This document shows positions 23,052 through 38,289 of a stretch of 64,000 bases of DNA, in pieces. The DNA lies in NCBI GenBank assembly GCA_001600815.1, contig BCKZ01000013.1, positions 186,001 through 250,000 of the forward strand. Reading direction: 5' to 3'. A program made the translations under genes and the position numbers. Position 1 is the stretch's first letter. Each line of letters starts with the position of its first letter. Below the pieces are notes generated by a model that did no database searches, had not been told where the DNA came from, and saw only the letters and a list, made by a program, of their open reading frames with translations. The stretch is from Alloascoidea hylecoeti (Eukaryota).

Positions 23052-24086
23052 TTAAATAACTTTTACAGTTTTTGCGGTTGGGTGAGTAGTAGCATAGGTA
23101 CCATCAATATGATCATCACCATGTAGTGCAATATCATCAACACCTTCAGTTACACTATTAAGTTCATCTTCCTCTTCATCTTCTTCAAGTTCATCATCAT
23201 ATCGTAAAGATAAAGTTGGTTTAACACTTGCGTTTTCAACTGTCCAATGGGCTAAAGCATTCTCAGTATCAACAATAACTTGTTTACTTGCTTCATAACC
23301 ATCATAAGTAGGTCTTGTTTCACCAGGAGTAACAGCACTATCATCGAGTAATTCTAATAAAGCCTTACCATAACCAGCAATAAGTGCCAATTTTTCAGCA
23401 TGTTCAGATAATGCATCAAATTGATAATTAAAAGCAGCTTTTAATTTTTCTCTTGTAATATTTGATAATTGAGCATCAGCAACTAAAGATTCAGCTTCAG
23501 CACGTACTAATTCTTGTTCTAAAACTGTAATTTGAGGAGATTGTGGATCTTTATATTTTAATTGAGCAATATTATCAGTAATTTTTTGCTTACGATCTCT
23601 TGTTGGTTGAACAGATGCTTCAATATTTCTAATTGATTTTAAAGAAATTCTATATTGATCATATTTATCAATATATTGATCTTCTAATTCACCAATTTCA
23701 TATAATAAAACACCTAATTTATCAGTAATATCAGATATATCATCTTCTTTTTCTTGACCCCAGATTGATAATTGTTTTGCAGCTGATCTTCTTTCACGAG
23801 CAGATAATTCAATTGATCTAAGGACATTTTTTTCCAATTTAATTAATTGAGCAAGCTTCTTGGCAAGGTCTGGTTGAAGAGCAGCAGCAGTTTGTTTTCT
23901 AAAAGTTCCAGCTATAATTATTCATATTAGATATACTTGTAAGAAGATATAATTGAAAATAAACTTACAAATTGATCCTTTTCCAAAGAATCTATGACTC
24001 TTTGTTGTCGATGGTGGTGGAGGTGGATTAGCAACCTGTGAAGCAGTTGGAGCTCTTGAAGTTCGTAAAGAATAAGTTCGATGCAT
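23052..24086 (-). CDS. PIL1: Eisosome BAR-domain protein, Pil1/Lsp1 family, 2 exons
   Basis: Exon 1 (24086-23969) encodes MHRTYSLRTSRAPTASQ..PPPPPST; intron 23968-23912 (GTAAGT..TAG); exon 2 has LEQELVRAEAESLV and ALIAGYGKALLELLDD. PIL1 versus LSP1 is not resolved. Confidence 0.93.
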
Positions 24087-26219
24087 TTTTATTTTATAAA
24101 TATAATTTAAAAGTAATTATTAATAATTAATTAATAAATTTAAAGAGAAAAGAATTAAATTGAATAAAAGGAAAAACCTCGGTATTTATATATTTTTTGT
24201 GTCTTTTTTTTAGATATGGCAATCCCAAACGTTTTCTATAGATCTTAACTTTAAATGTCTGTGTTAATGCAGGTTGATGTCTCTCAATATATAACTCTAA
24301 AATCTATCTTCGGATCATTGTCTCTCCTCCCCAGAATCCAAATACTTTGATCTCCATCACTTATATTAGTATATCATCAAGAATGTATAATGAATATCAT
24401 TATCCAATTCAATTGAATTATATTTTGCTTAATTTAGATAATTATATAATTGATAATTCTCACGCAGAACATAACAATAGAAAACTAACAATCGCAAACA
24501 ACTACAAATTGCGTCACTACACTTTATGATTAACTCAATCAAATGGCTTAATTATTTATGACGTCGATCGATGATGTTATTTACGTAGACAAGCATAACA
24601 ATGGTCATTTAATTTTCATTATATTAATTGCAAAATAATTGATGACAATATTGACATTTTGATGAGGAGTGTAGAAAGTGTTTGTTATGGATGGATGATT
24701 TGGGGTCTACTGTCACACACAAGGTTATATCTGTTCCACAACGTCCTACGCAATTCGTGAAGTTAACAACTCTGGACTAACTGACCTGGTTAGTAAGTTG
24801 TTACCATGTAATAATGGCATGCATCCATGTTGAATAAATATGAAATGTTTTTCCGGTGGATTCGCATCTCTTTTTGACGGCTAACCCTCTCTTTTTTCTA
24901 TATAAAGCGCAAACATTTTAGATTTGACCTATATTACTATAGTAGAAGTTGTAGGGCTCGTCCAAGACCTCTTGCACTTTCTTGGTTTTAACTATGTAAA
25001 AGATCGTTTACTCCGTCCGGTCGGCATCCACGAATCCTCCGATATTTTCTATGGCCAAGCCAATCAAGTGCGGGTGTTCTGTTTGTTTTAAATAAAAGAG
25101 TAGAAGACCAACGTAATTGCCACATCATTAACATTAACAGTGATCATATCATAACTTATAACCATATGACCTAATGAAGCTCTAAAAATAATCTTTTCGC
25201 TTCTTTCGTCGCGAATTGGTCTCATTTACTAATATTTTGCTATAATATGTCTACATTTATCTCTGAAGACATTTAAGTGTACTTCTTTTCTTTCTTTCCA
25301 GTAACGCTGAATATCAATGTTCAAAAGAATAATCAGAGCTCTTTAAATAAAAGTTATAATATTAAGAAAATTTTCTGATGGTTTATGATTACTATTATAT
25401 TACTGGTCACTACACAAAATTTCTGATGTCGATTTTGAAGTGGTTAACAAAAATATTATTATCTATAAGTATTAATGAGCAAGTCAAATGAGTGAGATTC
25501 TAATTAAAGTAACTAACTATAAACTTAAATAGGCCCGATAAGTTTTCTTTGAATTAATAGCAATGAGGGACTCCATAAATTTTGATACAAATCAACATCT
25601 AGACGGATATTACAAAAGCACTATAAATTTTTCAAAATAATATTTCACCATTCAAAGTGTGTCAAAATGTTTGGCTATAGTTCAGACCAATTATCCGTAT
25701 CGAACCAAAAAGGTATCAGCAAATGTCACAAATACTTTGATGAAAAATATCTACTGATTTACCAAATAAAAAATTAAATAAATGTTTGACAAAATTCGTA
25801 AATTCTTTTGTTATAAGTGTATTTAAGTTTTCTTATCTGAGCGATAAATCATCTGTATTTTGATGGATTTTTAATAAAGATTTTAAGTTGGTATTCGAAT
25901 TTTCTGATTTCATCTTATTCCTTGGCTTTATGTTAGTACCTAACCGTTTCTGTACTCATCAATCAATCAATTAATACCTACTCTAGTAATTAGTATAATA
26001 TAAACATATGGCGTTAGATAGGGTACTGAAATAATCCATATTGCAATTGATATTAAACCATATGTATAATCTATATTCGTAATATGAAGATATTGTTAAT
26101 CACAAAACTATAAGAGAATTCGAATGGATTGAACTCAGAAGTAATAGTCCAAATAACTTTACTAGTATCATCATATATCAGTCTATAGGTAATCTATATA
26201 AAAAAGTTTTAATTTATAA

Positions 26220-27923
26220 TTAAAATCCATCAGATCCATTAAATCCAGTAAAACCAGATAATAAAAATATTTTAAAATATTGTTTTTTTGAAATACTATT
26301 TGCCCAATTCCAAGCACTTGTTAATCTACCATCAATACAAGAACCAGCATCATAAAAATTATCAGCTCCTGAACCATCAAAAGCATGTTTAAAAAAATCA
26401 GATAAAATTAATTTTTTTAAATCTTCAATTGATCCATATTGTGCACATAAAAAAGTTTCAATAAATTTATCTTTTTTTAAATTTTCAATTTCTAAAATAC
26501 AATGATCAATTGGAATTAAAATTCTTGGAACTTGTAAATATTTATCAAGGAAAAATAGAGCATTTGGTACTGTATGATCACCTAAATGAACAACACTTGA
26601 TCCAACCCATGGACCACATTTATGATGAGCTTCTGCTAAAATATTATGCATTGTTCGACCTACTTGTGGACAAGCTTTAATTCGATTTAATCCTTGACCT
26701 GTATTAACTAATTTATAATGTATTTTAGTAGATACTAAATCTTCATCAGCTTTAAACCATAACATAACCATATCTCTCATTATTATCGACCAAAGTGTAA
26801 GAGATTGATGAACATAATCATATTGTTTTGAATGAGAATGAGATAATCTAGCACCACCTTTACCAACATTTATACCTAAAGAATTAGTTTTTGAAGAAGA
26901 ATTTGAAGAATCAAAATATGATTCTAAGTTTTTAATCATATTTTTAACAGGTTTAACATTTGCATTAATATATGCATGATAATCACCAATTGAATATAAA
27001 CATTGTCTAATATCTTCTTTTGATGGACCATCACCCATTAAACCATTACCATATTTTTTTGCTAATTTTTCAATTGAATTTTCTTTTTGTTTAATTTCTT
27101 TCGCAATTGTACGTCTTGATTTACCATCAGGTATAATTTCAACAGTTGCAGAAATAATTAATTCATCATTGAAAATTTCCATTAAATTATCATTTTTAAA
27201 ATTTGATAAATATAAATAAACAGTATTAATTTCTTTATATAAATCAAAACCCATATGAGTTTTAATTTCAGGTAATCTTGAATCCATTACCATATAAGTT
27301 AATTTACCAAAACCATCTCTTAATTTTTCAGGATTCATAATTTTATATCTTCTACCAATTTCAAAAATTGTTTGAAACCATTCTGAATTATCATTAAAAT
27401 CTTTATCTTTAATTAATAATTCACCAGTTTTCAAATCACATGAAACAACTAAACCAATTAAAATTGAACAAATTTCTTTTAATTGAGAAATGATTTTTTT
27501 TGCTTTTGAATTATAAGTATAAATATCAATTTTATCAGTATATTCGGACACATTTAAAGCAGCTTCTAATAATCTTAATAATTTTCTTTCTTTTGCTGTT
27601 AAACGCATTGGAATAAATTTTGAATTTTCTTTAATTTTATTTAATAAAAATTCTTTTGGATTATTAATCATATCTCTACTTTGAAAATGATTTGATAAAT
27701 CTGTTAAATTTGTAACATTTGAACTAAAATTTGGTGTATTATTATTATTTTCATCTTCGGTATAATCTATTGGTGGGCATTCAATATCTTCATCATCTGT
27801 TGTTACATCTTCAGCTGATATTTGAACTTTTGAAAGAGTTGATTGATCTATAACTGATTCATCACCATTAAGAAGTCTATCAAGAGATCTTTCATTCTCG
27901 TTTTCATTTGTATCGATATCCAT
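26220..27923 (-). CDS. UPF0652 / DUF2009-family protein
   Basis: FIPMRLTAKERKLLRLLEAALNVSEYTDKID, FEIGRRYKIMNPEK, GARLSHSH, WVGSSVVHLGD and AFDGSGADNFYDAGSCIDGRLTSAWNW. Confidence 0.85.
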   Translation of the reverse strand: MDIDTNENENERSLDRLLNGDESVIDQSTLSKVQISAEDVTTDDEDIECPPIDYTEDENNNNTPNFSSNVTNLTDLSNHFQSRDMINNPKEFLLNKIKENSKFIPMRLTAKERKLLRLLEAALNVSEYTDKIDIYTYNSKAKKIISQLKEICSILIGLVVSCDLKTGELLIKDKDFNDNSEWFQTIFEIGRRYKIMNPEKLRDGFGKLTYMVMDSRLPEIKTHMGFDLYKEINTVYLYLSNFKNDNLMEIFNDELIISATVEIIPDGKSRRTIAKEIKQKENSIEKLAKKYGNGLMGDGPSKEDIRQCLYSIGDYHAYINANVKPVKNMIKNLESYFDSSNSSSKTNSLGINVGKGGARLSHSHSKQYDYVHQSLTLWSIIMRDMVMLWFKADEDLVSTKIHYKLVNTGQGLNRIKACPQVGRTMHNILAEAHHKCGPWVGSSVVHLGDHTVPNALFFLDKYLQVPRILIPIDHCILEIENLKKDKFIETFLCAQYGSIEDLKKLILSDFFKHAFDGSGADNFYDAGSCIDGRLTSAWNWANSISKKQYFKIFLLSGFTGFNGSDGF

Positions 27924-29030
27924 TTTTATTTGATTGTTGTATATTTTGAGATTTGGTTGTTGTACGTCAATGAGTGAAAAAAAAAATTGTAAAAAATCTT
28001 AATTATATTTTCGTACGTACGGATGAATTAAGTCGCCGTTTCCGATAATGCTATTATTAGTAGTTGTAGAGTATAATAATCATAGACATATTTAATGTTT
28101 TTTGAAACTTACCAAATATATATTATGATAGAAGAATTTTGTGAGTAGTTTGGTCCTAAAATATAGTCAGTAATTTCATGAAGATCGCTAGTTTCAATTT
28201 GACCCAAAGACGCTTATCACTTTACATAAAACAATTATAATGATTAGCACCAATTCTAGATTTTGGTGTCTTAAAACTATCTTATCTTAAGGAGCGCGCT
28301 AAAGAAGAGCCTCCTCGAAAGTTACCATCATGACGAGAGAATAGGCATTTTGAATACCAAAATTAGTATATTAGAGACATCCTACTATTAAATGCGTATT
28401 AACTTGTCCGCTTGTGATTTGTCTGAAAAATGGAAAGGATTCGGCTCAAGAAGATCTAGACGAGCAATGACAAACAGATTACGCCAATTTTATGGATCTT
28501 TTTAATAAAACTGCGATTAACGAAAAAAATAATGAATAATAAAGATGGTGTTAACAAGTTACAGATAGCTGGCAGTTGGTTTAATGTAGAGTCTATAGTA
28601 ATAGAACTATTACTCGTGCTCACAGATTCCACACCAGAAGAGTTGAGGTTCACAGAATTGAAAACAACATATATGAAATAACAATTTAACTTAAGTTCAA
28701 AAAGTGGAGTCTTTAAACTAACAAAAAAGTAGCAAGATGTCCATTTTATTATGGGAAAACGGACAAAATGTTCAAATTATGTATCTCCACATGTCCAGAT
28801 ATATACACGCACCATTATGGAAATGATGTCGATGACTATTAACCATTTTATTGGTTATCAGATTTACATGTATTTATCGGATTTGTAATTGGAATTGATT
28901 AATAAATCTAAATATTAACATTAGGTACAACTAGTAGACAGGAACAATAGTAAGAATTGGGTTCTTTCATCTAAATAAGAGATTTATGCTTATAAAGTGT
29001 ATGTTTTCTTTTCTTTTAAAATATCAATAT

Positions 29031-29795
29031 TTATTTGTTGTAGAAATAGGCAGCCAGTAAGATGAAAAACGACAGGAATACATAAATTAACCAACTATTA
29101 TTAAAAAAATAATGTAACATGTTAGGATAAATTTTCAATTTATAAATTTATAAAGAAAGATCAGCAAATAATAATATCATATCATTATCGGATTAGACCA
29201 AAATTAATAAAACGGCATTGCTTAAATAATACGTACGATGGGGGTCCTCCATCTTCCGAGGAGTTAGAATCGGAACTCTTTTCTGAATAAGTTTTACCAC
29301 TCCACTATATTTTTTTATAGATAAGTAGTTAGTTACCAGGTCATCAATAATTATAATTTATAATTCAACACCAAAAACATAAACAAAAAAAGAAAAATAT
29401 TCAACTTACGTTCTCATCTGTAACACCAACAAATAAATCTTCTAGCATTTCAGAAGCATCTTCGGAATGTCCGATGTCCTGAGCAGTATAATTGTTAGGA
29501 TAAAGTTAAAAATGGTATAGCATATTCATGTGATATTTACATCGAAAGCTTGAGTAGCATCAATACCACCGCAATCAAGTAAGACTTCTTCACCACCTCT
29601 ATAATGATAAACAATTAAACAGTTAGTATACAGATATTTATGAATTTATAAATAAAAAACTTACGGGTGTTCATCGATAAATTTGGTGCAATCATAAACC
29701 TTTCCATTAATAACCATCCAGAGATCATCAACCGTTTTATGTTTTTCAATTTCTTCTGCAGTAAAGACAGTAAAAGTAGCAGTTTCTTCAGACAT
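29031..29795 (-). CDS. CYB5: Cytochrome b5 with C-terminal membrane anchor, 5 exons (absent from the ORF track)
   Basis: Exons 29795-29665, 29598-29541, 29478-29410, 29304-29237 and 29094-29031 splice to 129 aa: ..[68 protein letters not shown]. All four introns are GT..AG. Confidence 0.93.
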
Positions 29796-30098
29796 ATTGT
29801 ATATTATGATGGTATTTCTGTTTGAATAAAAATGTTTAAAAAACTAAAAGATATACAAAAAATTATGGAAACGTAAGAACAAGAAAGGATATAAAAGAAT
29901 TTGAAAAAAGATCTAAATTTGTTATAAATGTTGAGTAGTAAGGTGTATGGAAGTTTATCCATGAATCAACCAATAGAAACGGAGATTTACAGTATGACAA
30001 CTTATAAAACTTATTAATTAGTTAATCCCGATCATAAAACTTGTATTAAACCAACTAATTTTCAAATGATTTTCATTTTCATAAATATATACAAATTT

Positions 30099-31595
30099 TT
30101 ATATTAATAAGTCAGTTATTCTATCAATTTCTAATAACAATGTTTTATGTAAGAACCTCTCACTTGTATCCAATTTTTTTTTTTTCTCAAGCAATAACTT
30201 AGGTGTATCATTTTGTTTTCTCCTTATAAACATCGCTATAGTTCTTGGGAAATCATCTGGTGTTAAACCATTTATGAAATCTTCATCTAATCCTAAAAAA
30301 TTATTAATAACATCATCATAATAATCATTTTCAGCTAATGATTCAATATAATTATAACGGCATTCATTAATATGTTTTAAATCTGAATTTCTTTTAATTA
30401 AAAATAATAAAATTTCAAGACATAATCTATAATCTTTATTTATTGGACAACATCTTGATAATTGAATACAATCACCATCATCAATTATATATCTACCAGT
30501 TTTAATTATATTTTCCCATAGCCATTTACTTATTTTATAATTATAAATATCTGGTCTTAATGAAATTGATATAATTAATCCCCATAATCTTGTTGGTAAT
30601 TCTCTATTATATTGAAATGAAACACGACATAAATGAAATGCAATTTGTAATTTTAAATCTAAAAATTTAATTGAATTTTCATCATTAAATTGTAATTGTA
30701 ATAAATTAAAACATAATAATTCAATATCATCATCTTTTGGAATTTTTGAAAAATTTGAATAATATGCTGTTTTTGTAGTTAACATTGAATATTGATGTTG
30801 TAAAAGTCTTTTTAAAATTGATGTATGTATTATTGAGGGGAATTGAATTTTATTCGTAATTATTATATTATCTAATAAATATTTTGTTATTTCTATTAGA
30901 TCTGGAGAACAATTGATATAATCAATACTTTTGTTAGAATCTTTTGTTTCTATAACTTTTGTATTCAGATTATTGTTTCCAATGTCATTAACATCTAAAT
31001 CTGTTGTCTCTGTAACTTTTGTATCTAGATTATTGTTTTCAATAACATTTATATCTGGTTCTTTTGTTTCTATAGCTTTTGTATCCAGATTATCGTTTTC
31101 AATACCATTCAGAATTGAATCTTTTGTAATTAGATTATCCTTTTCAATATCATCAATATCCTGATCTTTTGCATCTAAATTATTCCTTTCTATAACTTTT
31201 ATACCTAAATCTTTTGCCCGTTCCACTTTTATCTTAACAGGTGATTCATTTGGATTTCGAATATTAGACCAAAATAAAATAATAATATTTAAAATCTCTT
31301 CAATTTCTAATAACTTATCATCATCATCATCATCATTTCTTATATTATTTTTCACTTCATTAATTAAGTTTGTATTAGGTCCAATCCATATCAACAATTC
31401 CAATTGTTTTGAGTTTATTGTTTTGATTGATTTATGATTAATAGTAGAATAATATAGACAATAAGAATGAGGAACACAAAACCCGCTAGGACCAGTTGGT
31501 TTATTAATTAAATTAGATTGATATCCTATTAGTATACAATTCCTTTTTATATATTTTATGTTAGGAATTATCCCATTTCTAACAAATCTTTGCAT
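30099..31595 (-). CDS. Probable mitochondrial alpha-helical (PPR-like) protein with an internal tandem repeat
   Basis: 498-aa ORF with a basic presequence-like N-terminus. WLWENIIKTGRYIIDDGDCIQL..DYRLCLEIL resembles fungal PPR-like proteins; family uncertain. Confidence 0.55.
   Translation of the reverse strand: MQRFVRNGIIPNIKYIKRNCILIGYQSNLINKPTGPSGFCVPHSYCLYYSTINHKSIKTINSKQLELLIWIGPNTNLINEVKNNIRNDDDDDDKLLEIEEILNIIILFWSNIRNPNESPVKIKVERAKDLGIKVIERNNLDAKDQDIDDIEKDNLITKDSILNGIENDNLDTKAIETKEPDINVIENNNLDTKVTETTDLDVNDIGNNNLNTKVIETKDSNKSIDYINCSPDLIEITKYLLDNIIITNKIQFPSIIHTSILKRLLQHQYSMLTTKTAYYSNFSKIPKDDDIELLCFNLLQLQFNDENSIKFLDLKLQIAFHLCRVSFQYNRELPTRLWGLIISISLRPDIYNYKISKWLWENIIKTGRYIIDDGDCIQLSRCCPINKDYRLCLEILLFLIKRNSDLKHINECRYNYIESLAENDYYDDVINNFLGLDEDFINGLTPDDFPRTIAMFIRRKQNDTPKLLLEKKKKLDTSERFLHKTLLLEIDRITDLLI
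30940..31215 (-). repeat. Coding minisatellite, 60-bp (20-aa) period with 15-bp subunits, about 4-5 copies
   Basis: Successive 60-nt lines from 30941 to 31140 align (cttttgtttctataacttttgtatc.agattat.gtttc..). The protein repeat is ENNNLDTKVIETKD..I..I. Confidence 0.85.
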
Positions 31596-31854
31596 TTTTC
31601 ATTTTATTTTTTATTTTTCACCTCATTTTTTGTGGATCTTTTTCATCAACATGATGAGAGTTACACATGGTATTACACCTACGCTGAACATGAATAAAAA
31701 CTAGATCTACCACTATATTTTACAATTTGAAATTTACAGTCAACGTATAGCAAATTATATATTAGTATATATATATCAATATGTAAAGCTATCCTGCATT
31801 AAATTCCCAATTTTATTCATTTTTCATACATTTGTTATGTTTTGCATATAAATA

Positions 31855-31931
31855 TCTCACGTGAGAAAGATAAGAAAAAAAGATTCCTTTTTGGCAGTTA
31901 CCCTGCCTCCATCGCAAGAGAAATTTTTTCA
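31855..31931. promoter_or_regulatory. Ribosome-biogenesis-type promoter motifs for DBP2 (CACGTG palindrome, PAC-like, RRPE-like)
   Basis: TCTCACGTGAGA 31855-31866, TTACCCT 31898-31904, CTCCATCGC (imperfect PAC) 31907-31915 and AAATTTTTTCA 31921-31931. Confidence 0.55.
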
Positions 31932-32123
31932 AACTTAAAGAAATAAATTTTTTCTATGTGTGTTGCATATAAAAAGTAAGAATCCGCCTTTTTCTTCTTT
32001 TCTTCTTCTCTATCACAGTTTTTTAAAACATAAAAGATTATTATCCATTCTTTTGGCTTATTCTTCTTTTAGGAATCAATAATTAACTTATTAATAATAA
32101 ATTAATAAATAAATAAAAAATAA

Positions 32124-34561
<2,438 letters not shown>

Positions 34562-34941
34562 TTGATAGATTTTTTTCATTATTTGTTATTTCTTATTATA
34601 TTAGATTAGTATTATTAATACATGTTAACGTTGTTTAAAGTGTCGAAGTCTAAAAATGGGTGATGGGATGTTACCCGGTTTTGCAGCTGCACCTGTTTTT
34701 TTACCTCCCAGCATTTACTTATTATCCATCCCCATTTTTCAACTGTAAAACATTAAAGACATTAATTATCGTCCTGACTTTTATCATTGATAAAAAATTC
34801 AATTAAAAATAAAAGTAATACAAAGCGATTGTTTTATATTGACATTTACGTTTTAATTTTCCATTTTCAATCCTACTTCTATTTACATCGCTATTTATTT
34901 GACTTATTTTTTGTGCTTGTTATCTACATTTTGTTTTATGA

Positions 34942-37023
34942 ATGGATCATCAGCTTTGGACTGAAAGAGATAACCCTTCTGCCAATTTTCTTGGCTCTTT
35001 TACCAACCAAAGTAGGCAGTGGACTCCGAACTTACGTGGGATCATGGATTTAGGGATAGATACATCGAATATTCAAGAGAATAGTAGGAACAATCGGATA
35101 CATCAACATCAACATCAGCCTCAACATCATCATCACTCACTTCAATATGGACCATCGATACATCAAAATTTATTACAAATGCAGAATCAAAATCAAAATC
35201 AAAATCAGATGCAGATTCAGCAGCAGGTACAAAACCATCAACAACCGCACCAACAACAGCATCAACAAACCCAGAATCAACTAATGTTTCCTACTCAAAA
35301 TATAAACCACATTGAAAATTTAAGACATAGTAATAATAATCCTAGCAATAATTCCAATAATAATAACAACAACAATCATAATAATAATAATAATAATAAT
35401 AATGGATTATTAGGAATAAATCAACAAAATTTAAATAATCTTAATGGATTAGAAAATAATAAACGATTTGGTTTGGATGCAAATATTATGGGAACACGTC
35501 CAAAAATGGCACGAACAATAAAAGAAACAACAACTACAAATTTACATGATTTTTTAGAATCTAGGTCTGATCAAAGATATGATTATCAAATGCCTAATTT
35601 AGGAACTGGTGGAGGAGGATTTAACTCAATGAAAAATATAATGGGTTCTAATTATAATATGAACTATCCTAATAATATTAATATTAATGGAAATATTAAT
35701 GGAATTAGTGTTACTAATAATAATAATGCTAATAATGTTAATAATAATGGCAATAGTAATAATAATAATAACGATTCTAAATGTCCAATACCATCCATCA
35801 AACCATTATTAAATCATAATGAATCAAATGATCCTTTTTATACTTTAAATTCTCAACCGTTAAAATCAAAGTATTCTCCTGGTCTATCTCAATACTATCC
35901 CAGAAATAACAACATAACCCGCCACAACAGAAGTATAAATAACAATAAAATCAATAATACTAATATTAATACTAATAATAATACACAAAATTTAACGATA
36001 AACCTACCATTATTAACGACTCCGGCATCAATACCAAACTCAGGAGTAGGATCAGGTTTAATCTCAACCTCATCTACATCCAGATCATCAAATCTATTAC
36101 AACAAAATATGATGAATTCAACTACATCCTCTTTAGCACCTGTTATGCCATTACTTGATTTATCATTATCATCAAATACATCACTTAAAAATGATTCTAA
36201 TATGAATTTCCAAATGAATGCTCCATTTCTTTCAGATCCTGTTGAAGCATTATTAGGAGTTGATGATTCATCTAATTCATCAAATATGAATAATATTAAT
36301 AATCTAACTAACAATTATAATCTTAACAATAACTCAATAATGTCAAATAAAATGATGTTAACAAATAATTTAAATTCAATAAATGATAACAATACTAATC
36401 ATAATAATAATAATAATTCATTATTTTCTTCAAATTCTTCATTATCATCATCAAATAATATTAATTCAAAAGTTAATAATAATTTAAATAATAAAATATT
36501 ACCACCACCAATTGATCAATTATCAGATTTAACAAGAACTTTAGAACCATCATTACAATTACAATTACCATCAACATCATTAACAAATTTAGAAAATTCA
36601 AATGATTTATTTATGGGTGGTAATATTAATAATGGATCAAATGATTATTTAAATTCATTACCTTTCCCTCTTCCACCACCTAATAATGCGTCATCATCAT
36701 TTATTTCAAATTCAATTAATTCTAATTTTCCATTTAATAATAATTTAAATGCTTTAAATGCAAATTTGAATTTAAACTCAAATTCTTCTTCTTCCTCATC
36801 GACACGGAAATTAAGAGAATTACCACAACCTAAGAAAAGAGCAATTACTCCTATACAAAATCAACTTATACGAACGGCACCATATCCTGAACCCAATAGA
36901 GGTGTTAAAAGATCAAAGTCATTGATTACTAGAAGGGATAATAATAATGTTAATAAGTTTCCTAGTAATAATAGACATGGGTCAAGTAATTCAGTTAATA
37001 TTGTCCCTATTAGTAATAATAAC

Positions 37024-37059
<36 letters not shown>

Positions 37060-37328
37060 TTCAACAATAACAATTTCAACAATAACAATTTCAACAATAA
37101 CAATTTCAACAATAACAATTTCAACACTAATAACTTTAACAATAACAATACTAAAAATAATAATAATAATAATATTTTAGGAGGAGGGAATTTTACACCA
37201 AGTCAAATAAGTAGATCAAGTACTAATAATTCTGATCATTTACAACTTTCAACACCAGAATCATTAAATGAATCACCATCAAGTATTAAATTTACAAAAC
37301 ATTATAATAATAATAATATTACTCCTCC

Positions 37329-37362
<34 letters not shown>

Positions 37363-38133
37363 GACAATTATAATGATAATATAAATATTAATGATAATAA
37401 TGGAAATAATACACATAATATGAATATTAATGATGATGAAAATATAACACCATCATCAAACTCTGATAGACCAGTGATAGGAGCAACAAAAGTTGATCAA
37501 TTAATGTTAATAGTTGAAGCAAGATCAAAAGGTACAAATGAACAAGCATTAATTTCAAATGCAAATTCATTAGTTGGTGGAGTTCCAAAACCAAAATTAA
37601 AATCTCAACTTAAATTTCAATGTCCTGATTGTGGTAAATATTTTACACAAAAGACACATCAAGATGTTCATATGAGAGTTCATAGAGGTGTAAAACCATA
37701 TTTATGTGAAATTTGTGGTAAAGAATTTACACAACGTGGGAATTTAAAAACTCATAAAAGATTACATACTGGTGAAAAACCATTTAATTGTTCAATTTGT
37801 GGTAAAGCATTTTCACAACAAGGGAATTATGCTGCACATAAATTAACACATACTGATCATCGTCCATTTGAATGTAAATTAGATAATTGTGATAAATGTT
37901 TTACACAATTAGGAAATTTAAAAGCACATCAGAATAAATTCCATTTAGAAACGTTAACTAGATTGGTAGATATGTTGAAGATGGAAAATAAAGGGAAAAT
38001 CGTAAATACTGTTGGGAATGAAAGGGAATTATTATCGTATTTAGCTGGATTATATAAAAATTCAAACAAAGGGATAAAAGGAAGAGGGAAGAAAAATAGT
38101 ATTGGTGGAAGTTTAAGTAGTGTGTCACCATGA
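34942..38133 (+). CDS. AZF1: Asparagine-rich C2H2 zinc-finger transcription factor
   Basis: IGATKVDQLML, four C2H2 fingers ending FTQLGNLKAHQNKFH, and LYKNSNKGIKGRGK; long N/Q-rich region; Reb1-like TTACCCGG at 34671. Confidence 0.9.
37015..37175 (+). repeat. Poly-Asn (AAT/AAC) microsatellite with 15-bp FNNNN repeats
   Basis: An (aat)n run followed by ttcaacaataacaat tandem units within AZF1. Confidence 0.9.
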
Positions 38134-38289
38134 TGGATAATGATATACTATAGGCTTATAGATATATTTATTATGTTTTTTTTTATGGTTCTTTAAGGAA
38201 ATTTAAATTTATGTTTAAATGGGTATTTATATCGTAATTGTAATACTAAAACATGTAATCATCGTTATACTATAGTAATAAAAGAAAAT

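Noticed and set aside
28440..28845. Mutator/FAR1-like zinc-finger remnant (YYSC..CPF..THH across frames)
   Set aside because: It needs several frameshifts, and the similarity is too weak to support without a search.
35895..37180. Antisense and alternative-frame ORFs over AZF1 (likewise 5138, 5577, 14236, 30931, 32140, 41422, 50071)
   Set aside because: Shadow ORFs produced by low-complexity repeats or codon bias inside confident genes.
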